Positions 1 to 10,647 of a stretch of 53,009 nt of DNA are shown here, in pieces (the first letter of the stretch is position 1; each line of letters begins with the position of its first letter). The notes under the pieces are model-generated. The model had not been told where the DNA came from. It worked only from the letters and a program-made list of their open reading frames with translations, and made no database searches. Source of the stretch: Sediminibacterium sp. GTDB taxonomy: Bacteria; Bacteroidota; Bacteroidia; Chitinophagales; Chitinophagaceae. Location: NCBI GenBank assembly GCA_017996795.1, contig JAGOGG010000001.1, forward strand, positions 1-53,009, written 5' to 3'. The translations under genes were made by a program, and so were the position numbers.

Positions 1-158
1 ATCCAACCATTGGCAACATCAAAAAACAGTTATACCAGTTAGGTGCTAGTTATGCTGCCATGAGTGGAAGCGGTTCCACGGTATATGGTATATTTAAAAT
101 GAAGCCTTCAGACAAGATCAAATCAGCATTTGATTGCAGCGTCTTCATTACATCTTAA
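1..158 (+). CDS. ispE: 4-diphosphocytidyl-2-C-methyl-D-erythritol kinase, C-terminal fragment (truncated by window start)
   Basis: Manual translation from position 3: [31 protein letters not shown]...TS*, stop TAA at 156-158. MSGSGS GHMP-kinase C-terminal motif in IspE-like context. Not in ORF track. Confidence 0.8.
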   Translation, partial: PTIGNIKKQLYQLGASYAAMSGSGSTVYGIFKMKPSDKIKSAFDCSVFITS

Positions 159-301
159 TTTTTATCTAAGCTTTTAGCTTTAATATTAGAAATTATTTAA
201 ACTTACAAGCATTAGTTTAAATATTATTTTGAATTGATGGATTGTTTTATTAATTTAGTTCAGATTGCCGCCATTATTAACCCACGTTTAAACTGGACTA
301 A

Positions 302-3300
302 ATGTTTAGTAACCAAAACAATGGAGGCCTCTATAACCCCCAATTTGAGCACGACGCTTGCGGCATTGGATTTGTTGCCAATATTAACGGACACAAGAAC
401 CACCAACATATATCGGATGCACTTACTGTACTAGAAAATATGGAACATCGCGGCGCATGTGGATGTGAAGTAAATACAGGAGATGGTGCGGGTATATTGA
501 TTCAAATTCCACATGAATTTTTCTTTGACGAGTGTTTACTGCTTGGCAAACATTTACCCAATGCGGGCCGCTATGGAGTGGGAATGATTTTTTTTCCTAA
601 ATCGGTTGGACTGCGCGAAGAATGTAGAGATATTTTTAATAGGGCTGCAGAAAAACTGGGGTTAGAAATAATTGCGTACCGAAAAGTTCCAGTAAATAAA
701 ACAGATATTGGAGCAACCGCCTTATCGGTGGAGCCATGTATGGAACAGGTTTTTATTGCATGCCCCGACCATATTCAAGACCAAGAAGCCTTCGAAAGAA
801 AATTATTCATACTTCGCAATTATGCTTCCCATACTATTAATAATACCATTCGAAAAGATGATATAGGATTTTACATTGTTTCACTTTCATCTAGAACCAT
901 TATTTATAAAGGACAATTAACCAGTAATCAGGTTCGAAATTATTTTACCGACCTATCCAATAAGCGAATGGTGTCGGCTTTTGGTTTGGTTCACTCCAGG
1001 TTTGCTACCAACACTTTCCCTTCTTGGAAACTGGCACAGCCTTTTAGATATATAGCACACAACGGAGAAATCAATACGTTACAAGGAAATTTAAACTGGT
1101 TGCGATCTAGTGAAAAAGGATTTACAACCCCTGCATTTACCAAAGAAGAATTAGACATGATTCTTCCTATTGTTACCAATGGCCAATCAGATTCTGCTTG
1201 TTTAGACAATATGATTGAATTGCTTACATTAACTGGGCGCTCGTTACCTCATGTGATGATGATGTTAATACCGGAAGCTTGGGATGGCAATAGCAGTATG
1301 GACCCAGTTAAAAAAGCTTTTTATGAATACCATGCATGTTTAATGGAGCCTTGGGATGGACCTGCTTCTATCTCATTTACAAATGGACAAATGATAGGGG
1401 CAACATTAGATAGAAATGGATTAAGGCCTTCTAGATATACCATCACCCACGACAATAGGGTCATCATGGCATCCGAAACAGGTGTGCTCCCCATAGACCC
1501 CGCGAATGTAAAAGAGAAAGGCAGATTACAACCAGGCAAAATGTTTGTGGTAGATATGAGTGAAGGAAGAATTGTTTCTGATGATGAATTGAAACAAAAA
1601 ATATGTTCACAAAAACCTTATGCAGAATGGTTGAATAAATATAAAATTCGCTTAGAAGAATTACCAGAGCCGCGTGTTATGTTTACGCATTTAGAACACG
1701 ATCAAGTATTTAAATACCAAAAAGCTTTTGGATATTCAACAGAAGATTTAGATACCATTATTGCACCCATGGCTATTGATGGCAAAGAGCCAATAGGCTC
1801 AATGGGTAATGACGCGCCACTGGCTATTTTAAGTAATCAACCACAACATTTAAGTGCCTATTTTAAACAGTTGTTTGCGCAGGTAACCAATCCACCAATT
1901 GATCCTATTCGCGAAAAAATGGTCATGTCATTGGCAACTTTTGCAGGAAGTAATGGCAATCTTTTAATTGAAGAACCCACTGCTTGTCATAGTGTGGCAT
2001 TGCAACATCCCATTCTCAATAATCATGAATTAGAAAAAATAAGAAGTATTGATACTGGTGTTTTTCAAGCAAAAACCTTGCAAACTTATTTTAGAGCAGA
2101 CGGGAAACCTGGCTCTTTAAAAGCAGGAATTGATCGACTTTGCAGGTATGCGGTAGACGCAGTTCAAGATGGATTTGAAGTAATCATTTTAACCGATCGC
2201 GCCATTGATTCGGACCACGCTCCTATTCCCTCTTTATTAGCCACAGCAGCCGTTCACCATCATTTAATAAAGAAAGGATACAGGGGGCAAGTTGGCTTAA
2301 TCATTGAAGCAGGAGATGTTTGGGAAACCCATCATTTTGCTTGTTTGATAGGATTTGGAGCAACAGCCATCAATCCCTATTTAGCATTGTCGTCTATTAG
2401 AGACATGAAAATTTCTAATAAAATAGACAGCCCATTAGACACTGAACAATTAAAGAAAAATTATATTAAAGCCGTGAATGATGGCTTGCTAAAAGTGTTT
2501 TCTAAAATGGGAATTTCAACCTTGCAAAGTTACCAAGGTGCGCAGATTTTTGAAATCATTGGAATTAATAGCAGTGTAGTTGATTTATATTTTACTGGTG
2601 CTACTTCTAGAATTGAAGGAATGGGACTAGATGAAATTGCGAGAGAAACTTTAGCCAAACATTTTTTTGCATTTAGTAAGAAAAATAAAACCATTGATCG
2701 TTTACCTGTTGGGGGTGTATACCAATGGAAAAGAAAAGGCGAATTCCATTTATTTAACCCGCAAACCATTCACTTATTACAAGATGCCACAAAGCGAAAT
2801 GATTATGCCACGTTCAAAAAATATTCTTCGCTTATTAACAATCAAAGTGAACATGCATGTACACTAAGAAGTCAATTAGACTTTAAAACCAATCGACCTT
2901 CTATTTCAATAGATGAAGTAGAGCCTGCCCAAAATATTTATAAACGTTTTGCAACTGGAGCCATGTCTTTTGGTTCTGTTTCTTGGGAAGCCCATACAAC
3001 ATTGGCCATTGCCATGAATAGACTAGGTGGCAAAAGCAATACCGGCGAGGGTGGTGAAGATGAAATCAGGTATACCCCTTTACCAAATGGAGACTCCATG
3101 CGTTCGGCCATTAAACAAGTGGCTTCAGCAAGATTTGGAGTTACTGCACTTTACTTAACAGAAGCAGACGAAATTCAAATTAAAATGGCCCAGGGCGCCA
3201 AACCCGGAGAAGGCGGTCAACTTCCGGGGCATAAAGTAGATGAATGGATTGGGAAAACAAGACATGCTACACCCGGTGTTGGATTAATTTCACCTCCACC

Positions 3301-4828
3301 CCATCACGATATTTATTCTATTGAAGATTTAGCCCAACTGATATTTGATTTAAAAAATGCCAATCGTGCTGCAAGAATTAATGTGAAATTGGTTTCTAAG
3401 GCTGGGGTTGGCACTATTGCCGCTGGCGTGGTAAAAGCAAAAGCAGATGTGGTATTAATTGCAGGACACGATGGAGGTACTGGTGCATCACCTGTAAGCT
3501 CTGTGAAACATGCGGGGTTACCTTGGGAATTAGGATTGGCAGAAACGCACCAAACCTTGGTAAAAAACAAGTTGAGATCTAGGGTAATTGTTCAGGCAGA
3601 TGGCCAAATGAAAACAGGCAGAGATATTGCAATGGCAGCATTATTGGGCGCCGAAGAGTGGGGTGTTGCTACTGCAGCATTAATTGTAGAGGGCTGTATC
3701 ATGATGCGCAAATGTCATTTAAATACTTGTCCAGTAGGTGTTGCAACCCAAGATGAAACATTGCGCAAACGCTTCACTGGCGACCCCGATCATGTGGTGA
3801 ACTTTTTTAAATTTATTACCCAAGAACTGCGTGAAATAATGGCCGAATTAGGTTTTAGAACCGTCAATGAAATGATTGGTCAAACCGACTATTTGCAACA
3901 AAGACCGGTCATTAATCATTGGAAATACATCCAGCTAGATTTATCGAAAATTATATACAAGGAACCTGCAGATCAGGATACAGGGCTATTTGCGCAAGAA
4001 ATGCAAGACCATGGTTTAGCCAATGTACTTGATTGGAAATTATTGGCGACTGCAAAATCAGCCATCGAAAAAGGAGAAAAAGTATTTGGAGAATTTCCAG
4101 TTATTAATACAGATAGAACAATTGGAACTATTGTGTCCAATGAAATTACAAAGCTGTATAAAAGCAATGGATTGCCCGAAGACACCATTCATTTTAAATT
4201 TAAAGGAACAGCAGGACAAAGCTTTGGGGCATTCAATACAAATGGACTGAAACTGGAATTGGAGGGAGATGCAAATGATTATTTTGGAAAAGGATTGAGT
4301 GGGGCCAAACTGATTGTATACCCTGATTCATCTGCACAATTTATTGCAGAACAAAACAGCATTATAGGGAATGTTGCTTTATACGGAGCTACCAATGGGG
4401 AAGCATATATTAGAGGAAAAGCAGGTGAACGATTTGCAGTAAGAAATTCTGGCGCCAAAGTGGTAGTTGAAGGAATTGGAGATCATGGCTGCGAATACAT
4501 GACTGGGGGCATTGCAGTCATACTGGGTAAAACAGGAAGAAATTTTGCTGCAGGAATGAGTGGGGGGATTGCTTATATCTATGATACTTCTAATGAATTT
4601 GCTGCCAATTGTAATGTAGAAATGGTAGAGTTGGACCCAATAGATGAATCAGACGCAATCCAATTACGATTGTTGATTCAACAGCATTATAATTACACCA
4701 ATAGTAGTGTTGCCGCTTTTATCTTGAAAGATTTTGACAATCAATTGGCCCATTTTATTAAAGTATTCCCTACTGACTATAAAAAAGCATTGGCTAAAAA
4801 AAATCAACACAACACTGTATTAAAATAA
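302..4828 (+). CDS. gltB: Glutamate synthase large subunit
   Basis: 1508 aa; DACGIGF N-terminal amidotransferase Cys, HSRFATNT, FMN domain (QGAKPGEGG), CIMMRKCHLNTC 3Fe-4S motif, GXGXG C-terminal domain. Confidence 0.98.
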   Translation: MFSNQNNGGLYNPQFEHDACGIGFVANINGHKNHQHISDALTVLENMEHRGACGCEVNTGDGAGILIQIPHEFFFDECLLLGKHLPNAGRYGVGMIFFPKSVGLREECRDIFNRAAEKLGLEIIAYRKVPVNKTDIGATALSVEPCMEQVFIACPDHIQDQEAFERKLFILRNYASHTINNTIRKDDIGFYIVSLSSRTIIYKGQLTSNQVRNYFTDLSNKRMVSAFGLVHSRFATNTFPSWKLAQPFRYIAHNGEINTLQGNLNWLRSSEKGFTTPAFTKEELDMILPIVTNGQSDSACLDNMIELLTLTGRSLPHVMMMLIPEAWDGNSSMDPVKKAFYEYHACLMEPWDGPASISFTNGQMIGATLDRNGLRPSRYTITHDNRVIMASETGVLPIDPANVKEKGRLQPGKMFVVDMSEGRIVSDDELKQKICSQKPYAEWLNKYKIRLEELPEPRVMFTHLEHDQVFKYQKAFGYSTEDLDTIIAPMAIDGKEPIGSMGNDAPLAILSNQPQHLSAYFKQLFAQVTNPPIDPIREKMVMSLATFAGSNGNLLIEEPTACHSVALQHPILNNHELEKIRSIDTGVFQAKTLQTYFRADGKPGSLKAGIDRLCRYAVDAVQDGFEVIILTDRAIDSDHAPIPSLLATAAVHHHLIKKGYRGQVGLIIEAGDVWETHHFACLIGFGATAINPYLALSSIRDMKISNKIDSPLDTEQLKKNYIKAVNDGLLKVFSKMGISTLQSYQGAQIFEIIGINSSVVDLYFTGATSRIEGMGLDEIARETLAKHFFAFSKKNKTIDRLPVGGVYQWKRKGEFHLFNPQTIHLLQDATKRNDYATFKKYSSLINNQSEHACTLRSQLDFKTNRPSISIDEVEPAQNIYKRFATGAMSFGSVSWEAHTTLAIAMNRLGGKSNTGEGGEDEIRYTPLPNGDSMRSAIKQVASARFGVTALYLTEADEIQIKMAQGAKPGEGGQLPGHKVDEWIGKTRHATPGVGLISPPPHHDIYSIEDLAQLIFDLKNANRAARINVKLVSKAGVGTIAAGVVKAKADVVLIAGHDGGTGASPVSSVKHAGLPWELGLAETHQTLVKNKLRSRVIVQADGQMKTGRDIAMAALLGAEEWGVATAALIVEGCIMMRKCHLNTCPVGVATQDETLRKRFTGDPDHVVNFFKFITQELREIMAELGFRTVNEMIGQTDYLQQRPVINHWKYIQLDLSKIIYKEPADQDTGLFAQEMQDHGLANVLDWKLLATAKSAIEKGEKVFGEFPVINTDRTIGTIVSNEITKLYKSNGLPEDTIHFKFKGTAGQSFGAFNTNGLKLELEGDANDYFGKGLSGAKLIVYPDSSAQFIAEQNSIIGNVALYGATNGEAYIRGKAGERFAVRNSGAKVVVEGIGDHGCEYMTGGIAVILGKTGRNFAAGMSGGIAYIYDTSNEFAANCNVEMVELDPIDESDAIQLRLLIQQHYNYTNSSVAAFILKDFDNQLAHFIKVFPTDYKKALAKKNQHNTVLK

Positions 4829-4833
4829 TTACC

Positions 4834-6312
4834 ATGGGTAAACCAACTGGGTTTTTAGAATTTGATCGACTGGTTCCATCAAAGCAGTCCACCACAGAAA
4901 GAGTTGCGCATTATAAAGAATTTGTTGCACCTTTATCTGAACAGGCTTTAAATCAACAAAGTGCCCGTTGTATGAATTGCGGTGTTCCATTTTGTCACAA
5001 TGGATGCCCTTTAGGAAATATCATTCCAGAATTCAACGACGCAGTTTATAAAAAAAACTGGGCAGAAGCATACGAAATTCTTTCTTCTACCAATAACTTC
5101 CCTGAGTTTACTGGAAGAATTTGTCCTGCACCCTGCGAGTCTGCTTGTGTGTTGGGAATTAATCAACCCCCAGTTACCATTGAAGAAATAGAAAAACATA
5201 TTATTGAAATTGCTTTTGAAAAAGGGTTAGTCATTCCAAATAAACCAATCACTAGAACAGGAAAGACCATAGCAGTCATTGGATCCGGACCAGCTGGGCT
5301 TGCAGCCGCAGCTCAATTAAATTATGCCGGCCATTTGGTTACCGTATTTGAAAGAGACGATGCTCCGGGAGGCTTATTAAGATATGGCATACCAGACTTT
5401 AAATTAGAGAAATGGGTCATTGATAGGAGAATTCAATTGATGGAAGAAGAAGGAGTTGTTTTCAAATGCAATGTAAATGTAGGAGTGTCTGTTAGTATCA
5501 ATGATTTGTTGCGCGAATACAGCGCCATCGTTTTAGCTGGTGGCTCTACTATACCTAGAGACTTAAATATAGAAGGTAGGGAGTTAAATGGAGTTCATTT
5601 TGCCATGGATTATTTAAAGCAACAAAACAAAAGAGTTGCATCCATTCATTTTGATGAAAGCCCTCTACTAGCAACCAATAAAAATGTAGTAGTAATAGGT
5701 GGTGGAGATACCGGCAGTGACTGTATAGGAACTGCTAACAGACAAAAAGCAACCAGTGTAACTCAGTTTGAATTAATGCCTAAACCTCCCGTATCAAGAA
5801 ACAGCCATATGCCATGGCCACAATATCCATTTATTCTAAAAACAACTTCTTCACATGAAGAAGGCGCCAATAGAGAATGGGCAATTGCCACAAAAAAATT
5901 TATTGGCGACGAAAAGGGGAATTTAAAATCATTGATCACTGTGCAATTGGAGTGGAAAATAACAGCAGATGGAAAGACGGCGGGTTTTGTTGAAATGCCA
6001 GGAACTGAAAAAGAAATACCATGCCAATTGGCTTTATTGGCAATGGGATTTGTAAGCCCTCAAAAATCAGGACTATTAGATAAATTAGAAATTGAACTAG
6101 ATGAAAGAGGCAATGTAAAAGCCACCGAAAAACAGTATCAAACCAATATTCAAAAAGTATTTGCTGCAGGCGATATGCGAAGAGGGCAAAGCCTAGTTGT
6201 TTGGGCCATTAGTGAAGGCCGAGAATGTGCTAAAAAAGTAGATGAATACTTAATGGGTAGTTCATTATTAGAATCAAAGGACATCAATACAGTTATGAGC
6301 GCTTATCTATGA
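4834..6312 (+). CDS. gltD: Glutamate synthase small subunit
   Basis: MGKPTGF start, RCMNCGVPFC and GRICPAPCE Fe-S motifs, GSGPAG and GGGDTG dinucleotide motifs; directly follows gltB. Confidence 0.97.
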   Translation: MGKPTGFLEFDRLVPSKQSTTERVAHYKEFVAPLSEQALNQQSARCMNCGVPFCHNGCPLGNIIPEFNDAVYKKNWAEAYEILSSTNNFPEFTGRICPAPCESACVLGINQPPVTIEEIEKHIIEIAFEKGLVIPNKPITRTGKTIAVIGSGPAGLAAAAQLNYAGHLVTVFERDDAPGGLLRYGIPDFKLEKWVIDRRIQLMEEEGVVFKCNVNVGVSVSINDLLREYSAIVLAGGSTIPRDLNIEGRELNGVHFAMDYLKQQNKRVASIHFDESPLLATNKNVVVIGGGDTGSDCIGTANRQKATSVTQFELMPKPPVSRNSHMPWPQYPFILKTTSSHEEGANREWAIATKKFIGDEKGNLKSLITVQLEWKITADGKTAGFVEMPGTEKEIPCQLALLAMGFVSPQKSGLLDKLEIELDERGNVKATEKQYQTNIQKVFAAGDMRRGQSLVVWAISEGRECAKKVDEYLMGSSLLESKDINTVMSAYL

Positions 6313-6394
6313 TCATTTAAAAAAAAGATTCATTTTTGACCACTTGATTCATTTTTTTGGTGATAGCCAAACTGTTTAATATCTTTTGTGCGCT

Positions 6395-7153
6395 ATGGCG
6401 TTATTAAAAAAAATTGGTTTATTCCTATTCACCATTTATGCTTTAATCACATTTGTGATTGCCATGCTCTTGGTTTTCCCTTTTGCTATGTTGGCAATAA
6501 CTGGAGGGAAAGTAAAAGGGGGGAATCTAGTTTATCGTTGTTGTAGAATTTGGGCCCAACTCTGGTACTATACCATTGGGGTTAGGCACAAAGAAATTTA
6601 TGAACACCCCCACAATACCCATCAGCAATACATTTTTGTAGCCAACCATATTTCTTATATGGATATCCCTCCAATTGTATTAGCTATCCATCAACCCATT
6701 AGAGCTTTAGGGAAATATGAAATGGTTAAAGTACCTGTATTTGGTTGGATTTATAGAGCCGCTGTCATTTTAGTGAATAGAAAGGATGCAGAAACAAGAG
6801 CTAAAAGTGTTCGTGCACTTAAAGCTGCGATTAAAAATCATATTTCAATTATAATTTTTCCTGAAGGAACATTTAATGAAACCAAACAGCCTTTAAAAAG
6901 TTTTTTTGATGGCGCTTTTAGAATTGCTATTGAAACGCAAACCCCCATTAAACCCCTTTTATTAGTGGATACGCTAAAGCGAATGCATTATCGTTCCCTT
7001 TTTGAATTAAACCCAGGAGAAAATAGAGTAGTGTACTTAAAAGAAGTTCCGGTAGAAGGACTAACCATGAAAGATTTACCCCAATTAAAAAATACCGTTT
7101 ACCAAATGATGGAAGAAGGATTAAAACGTTATATCTCTTATCCCACTCCTTAA
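6395..7153 (+). CDS. 1-acyl-sn-glycerol-3-phosphate (lysophospholipid) acyltransferase, PlsC family
   Basis: NHISYMD (HX4D) and FPEGT motifs, N-terminal hydrophobic helix. Start set to ATG 6395 (track uses TTG 6386). Confidence 0.88.
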   Translation: MALLKKIGLFLFTIYALITFVIAMLLVFPFAMLAITGGKVKGGNLVYRCCRIWAQLWYYTIGVRHKEIYEHPHNTHQQYIFVANHISYMDIPPIVLAIHQPIRALGKYEMVKVPVFGWIYRAAVILVNRKDAETRAKSVRALKAAIKNHISIIIFPEGTFNETKQPLKSFFDGAFRIAIETQTPIKPLLLVDTLKRMHYRSLFELNPGENRVVYLKEVPVEGLTMKDLPQLKNTVYQMMEEGLKRYISYPTP

Positions 7154-7178
7154 ACGTATTTTTGTTTAAAATCTCAAT

Positions 7179-9623
7179 TTGTTTGTTGAAGTAATTATAC
7201 CATTGGCATTGCCTAAGAATTATACCTGGCAAGTTCCGGAGCAAATGCAGTTGGCTATTGTTCCAGGAATAAGGGTGGAAGTTGCTTTACGAAAAAATAA
7301 AAAATACGCAGGGATTGTTAAAAGAGTGGTTACAGAAATCCCTGTAGGATTCACCCCTTCGCCCATTTTAAATATTTTAGACAGCAGCCCTGTTGTTAAT
7401 GATACACAGTTAAAATTATGGGAATGGATTGCGCAATATTATATGTGCACCGAAGGTGAAGTCATGCAGGCTGCTATTCCTGCCAACTTAAAATTATCCA
7501 GTGAAAGCGTTTTACAATGGAATGAAGAGCGAACATTAGATTTTAGTGACTTATCCGATTCAGAATTTATCATTGCTGAAGCTTTAGAAATAAAAGGCGA
7601 ACTCAAAATAAGTGAGGTACAGCAACTATTAGATACCAACAATACCTATCCAGTCATAAAAAAATTGGTAGAAAAAGGGGTCTGTTTTGTATGGGAAGAA
7701 TTAAAAGAAAAGTATAAGCAAAAAACAGAAAATTATATTCTACTTCATCCAAAATACGCACAAGAAAAAGAACTAGAAGAATTATTAAATAATTGGAGCC
7801 GAGCACCAAAGCAAATGGAATTACTCTTGGCCTATTTGCATTTAAAAAACACAACTGGCATTGTAACACAACCAGAACTATTAAAAAAAGCAAATGCAAG
7901 TGCTGCTCAATTAAAAGGATTGATAGAAAAAGGAATTTTAATTGGTGAAAGAAGAAATACCGATCGACTTCCCAGCTTACCTAAATTACTTAGCCTCGAT
8001 TTTAATTTGTCGGCAGCCCAGGAAAAAGCATTAGCCTCCATCAAAGAAATATTTGAATCAAAAACAGTTTGTTTACTACATGGAATTACGGCCAGTGGTA
8101 AAACACAAGTGTACATGAAACTAATTGAAGAACAAATTCAATTAGGAAAACAAGTTTTGTACTTACTCCCTGAAATTGCGCTTACAGCACAAATGATTCG
8201 TAGGTTACAAAAAAGCTTGGGAGGCCATATTGCCATTTATCACTCCAAATTTAACCCCAATGAAAGAGTAGAAATCTGGAATAAAATTAATTCAGGCGAA
8301 ACCAAAGTAGTATTAGGGGCTAGATCTGCATTGTTTTTGCCGTTCAATAATCTGGGGTTGATCATTTGTGATGAGGAACATGATGCTTCCTACAAACAAC
8401 AAGACCCTGCACCTCGTTACCATAGTAGAGATGCCGCTATTTATTACGCGTCCTTATTTGATGCCCGGGTTTTATTAGGATCCGCTACCCCATCAATTGA
8501 AACTTATTTTAACGTTCAACAAAACAAATATGGACTAGTAGAACTATTAGAAAGGTATGGGGATGTTGCGATGCCCTTAATAGAATTAATAGACCTAAAG
8601 CAAATACCCGCAAAACAAAGAAATGAAAGCCCCCTATCCCCTTCTCTGTTAAAAGAAATTCAAGAAACGCTTGAAGCCAAAAAACAAATCATTCTATTCC
8701 AAAACAGAAGAGGCTATGCCCCATATATGATCTGCGATACTTGCGGATGGATTCCACATTGTAATCATTGTGATGTTACCCTTACTTTTCATAAAGGGAA
8801 ACAAAAATTATCCTGCCACTATTGCGGTACCACTTATCCTGTTTTACAAACCTGTTTAGCCTGCGGCAATCACCATTTTGTGCAAAAGAATTTTGGCACA
8901 GAAAAGATTGAGGAATTGGTGGCTGAAGCATTTCCACAAGCTGTTATTGCCAGGATGGATTACGACAGTGTAAAAGGCAAACATGATCATGATAATTTGA
9001 TTAAACTATTTGAGCAACATAGAATTGATATTTTAGTGGGGACACAAATGGTAGTAAAAGGATTAGATTTTGAAAAAGTAAGTTTAGTGGGGATTATAGA
9101 TGCCGATGGTATTTTAAACTTTACCGATTTTAGAGTGAATGAGCGGGCATATCAACTAATGGAACAAGTAAGTGGAAGAGCAGGAAGAAAAGATGGATTA
9201 GGAAAAGTAGTAGTGCAAGTAACTAATTTAAAGCACCCTGTACTTCAGTTTGTTCAACAACATAATTACCAGTCATTGTATCAATTTGAAATTGAAAATA
9301 GGAAACAATTTCATTATCCTCCATATACCAGATTAATACAAGTCATATTTAAACACAAAGACAAGCATATTGCGGAAGAAGCCGCCAATATTATGCAACA
9401 AGGATTATCCAATCAGTTTGGTGCTTATTTAAATGGCCCTTCACAACCCATTGTAGACAGAATTAGGAATCAATACATTTGGGAAATTTTATTGAAATTA
9501 CCAAAAGACAGTAAAACCGTTCATAATTGTAAAAAGATGATTCATCAACAAATAATCATTATACAAAACAACAAAAGACATCGATCCGTTCATATTATTC
9601 CTAATGCAGACCCCATTTATTAA
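7179..9623 (+). CDS. priA: Primosomal protein N' (replication restart helicase)
   Basis: GITASGKT Walker A, DEEHD, SATPS, CxxC zinc motifs, QVSGRAGR. Confidence 0.96.
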   Translation: MFVEVIIPLALPKNYTWQVPEQMQLAIVPGIRVEVALRKNKKYAGIVKRVVTEIPVGFTPSPILNILDSSPVVNDTQLKLWEWIAQYYMCTEGEVMQAAIPANLKLSSESVLQWNEERTLDFSDLSDSEFIIAEALEIKGELKISEVQQLLDTNNTYPVIKKLVEKGVCFVWEELKEKYKQKTENYILLHPKYAQEKELEELLNNWSRAPKQMELLLAYLHLKNTTGIVTQPELLKKANASAAQLKGLIEKGILIGERRNTDRLPSLPKLLSLDFNLSAAQEKALASIKEIFESKTVCLLHGITASGKTQVYMKLIEEQIQLGKQVLYLLPEIALTAQMIRRLQKSLGGHIAIYHSKFNPNERVEIWNKINSGETKVVLGARSALFLPFNNLGLIICDEEHDASYKQQDPAPRYHSRDAAIYYASLFDARVLLGSATPSIETYFNVQQNKYGLVELLERYGDVAMPLIELIDLKQIPAKQRNESPLSPSLLKEIQETLEAKKQIILFQNRRGYAPYMICDTCGWIPHCNHCDVTLTFHKGKQKLSCHYCGTTYPVLQTCLACGNHHFVQKNFGTEKIEELVAEAFPQAVIARMDYDSVKGKHDHDNLIKLFEQHRIDILVGTQMVVKGLDFEKVSLVGIIDADGILNFTDFRVNERAYQLMEQVSGRAGRKDGLGKVVVQVTNLKHPVLQFVQQHNYQSLYQFEIENRKQFHYPPYTRLIQVIFKHKDKHIAEEAANIMQQGLSNQFGAYLNGPSQPIVDRIRNQYIWEILLKLPKDSKTVHNCKKMIHQQIIIIQNNKRHRSVHIIPNADPIY

Positions 9624-10642
9624 TGATTCAAATAAAAGAAAATATTTCACTCAAACCATTTAACAGCTTTGGTATAGATGTATTGGCCAAGCAGTTTTGC
9701 ACGGTTAGGTCATTCAATGAAGTTCAAGCTTTATTGGAATGGAATAAAACAAAAAATAGTCCCCTACTTATTTTAGGCGGAGGCAGCAACTTACTTTTCA
9801 CCAAAGATTATAAAGGGTTGGTATTACAAAATGCATTAAAAGGAATTGAACTCGTAAAAGAAGACAACGAATATTATTTTGTAAAAGCAATGGCTGGAGA
9901 AAACTGGCATCAATTTGTTGGTTACTGCGTTCAAATGCAGTACCAAGGAATAGAAAACATGAGTTTAATTCCTGGCAATATAGGGGCATCTCCTATGCAA
10001 AATATTGGTGCTTATGGGGTTGAAGTGAAAGACGTTATTGAATCTGTAGAAGCAGTTCAAATAAGTGACGGGGCAATCGTTTCATTTGACAATAAAGCTT
10101 GTGAATTTGGATACAGGGAAAGTATTTTCAAACACCAATTGCGCAACCAATTTATCATCGCTTCCGTCCTGTTCAAATTGCGTAAAACCCCTGTATACAA
10201 TACCAGTTATGGAAATATTGAACAGGAATTAATGAACATGAACGCAGCACCTTCTATCAAAACTATTGCAGAAGCGGTTATTCGAATTAGGCAAAGAAAA
10301 TTGCCTGACCCAACTAAAATTGGGAATGCAGGAAGCTTTTTCAAAAACCCGATTATTCCAACGGTATTATATAATGAACTAAAAAAAGCGCATGCATCCA
10401 TTCCAGGATTTGCTATTCAAAATGGTTTGCATACCAAAGTACCTGCAGCCTGGTTAATTGAACAAACCGGTTGGAAAGGTTTTAGAGTAGGAGACGCAGG
10501 TTGCTCTCCGTTGCAACCATTGGTATTAGTCAATTATGGACATGCTAAAGGTGTAGAAATATTTAATTTAAGCACACAAATCATTGAAAAAGTAAAAATT
10601 GAATTTGGAATAGAGCTAGAGAGAGAAGTAAATATTTATTAA
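9623..10642 (+). CDS. murB: UDP-N-acetylenolpyruvoylglucosamine reductase
   Basis: GGGSN, IPGNIGASPMQNIGAYG, YRES, GNAGSFFKNP, C-terminal LEREV. Confidence 0.96.
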   Translation: MIQIKENISLKPFNSFGIDVLAKQFCTVRSFNEVQALLEWNKTKNSPLLILGGGSNLLFTKDYKGLVLQNALKGIELVKEDNEYYFVKAMAGENWHQFVGYCVQMQYQGIENMSLIPGNIGASPMQNIGAYGVEVKDVIESVEAVQISDGAIVSFDNKACEFGYRESIFKHQLRNQFIIASVLFKLRKTPVYNTSYGNIEQELMNMNAAPSIKTIAEAVIRIRQRKLPDPTKIGNAGSFFKNPIIPTVLYNELKKAHASIPGFAIQNGLHTKVPAAWLIEQTGWKGFRVGDAGCSPLQPLVLVNYGHAKGVEIFNLSTQIIEKVKIEFGIELEREVNIY

Positions 10643-10647
10643 GCAGA

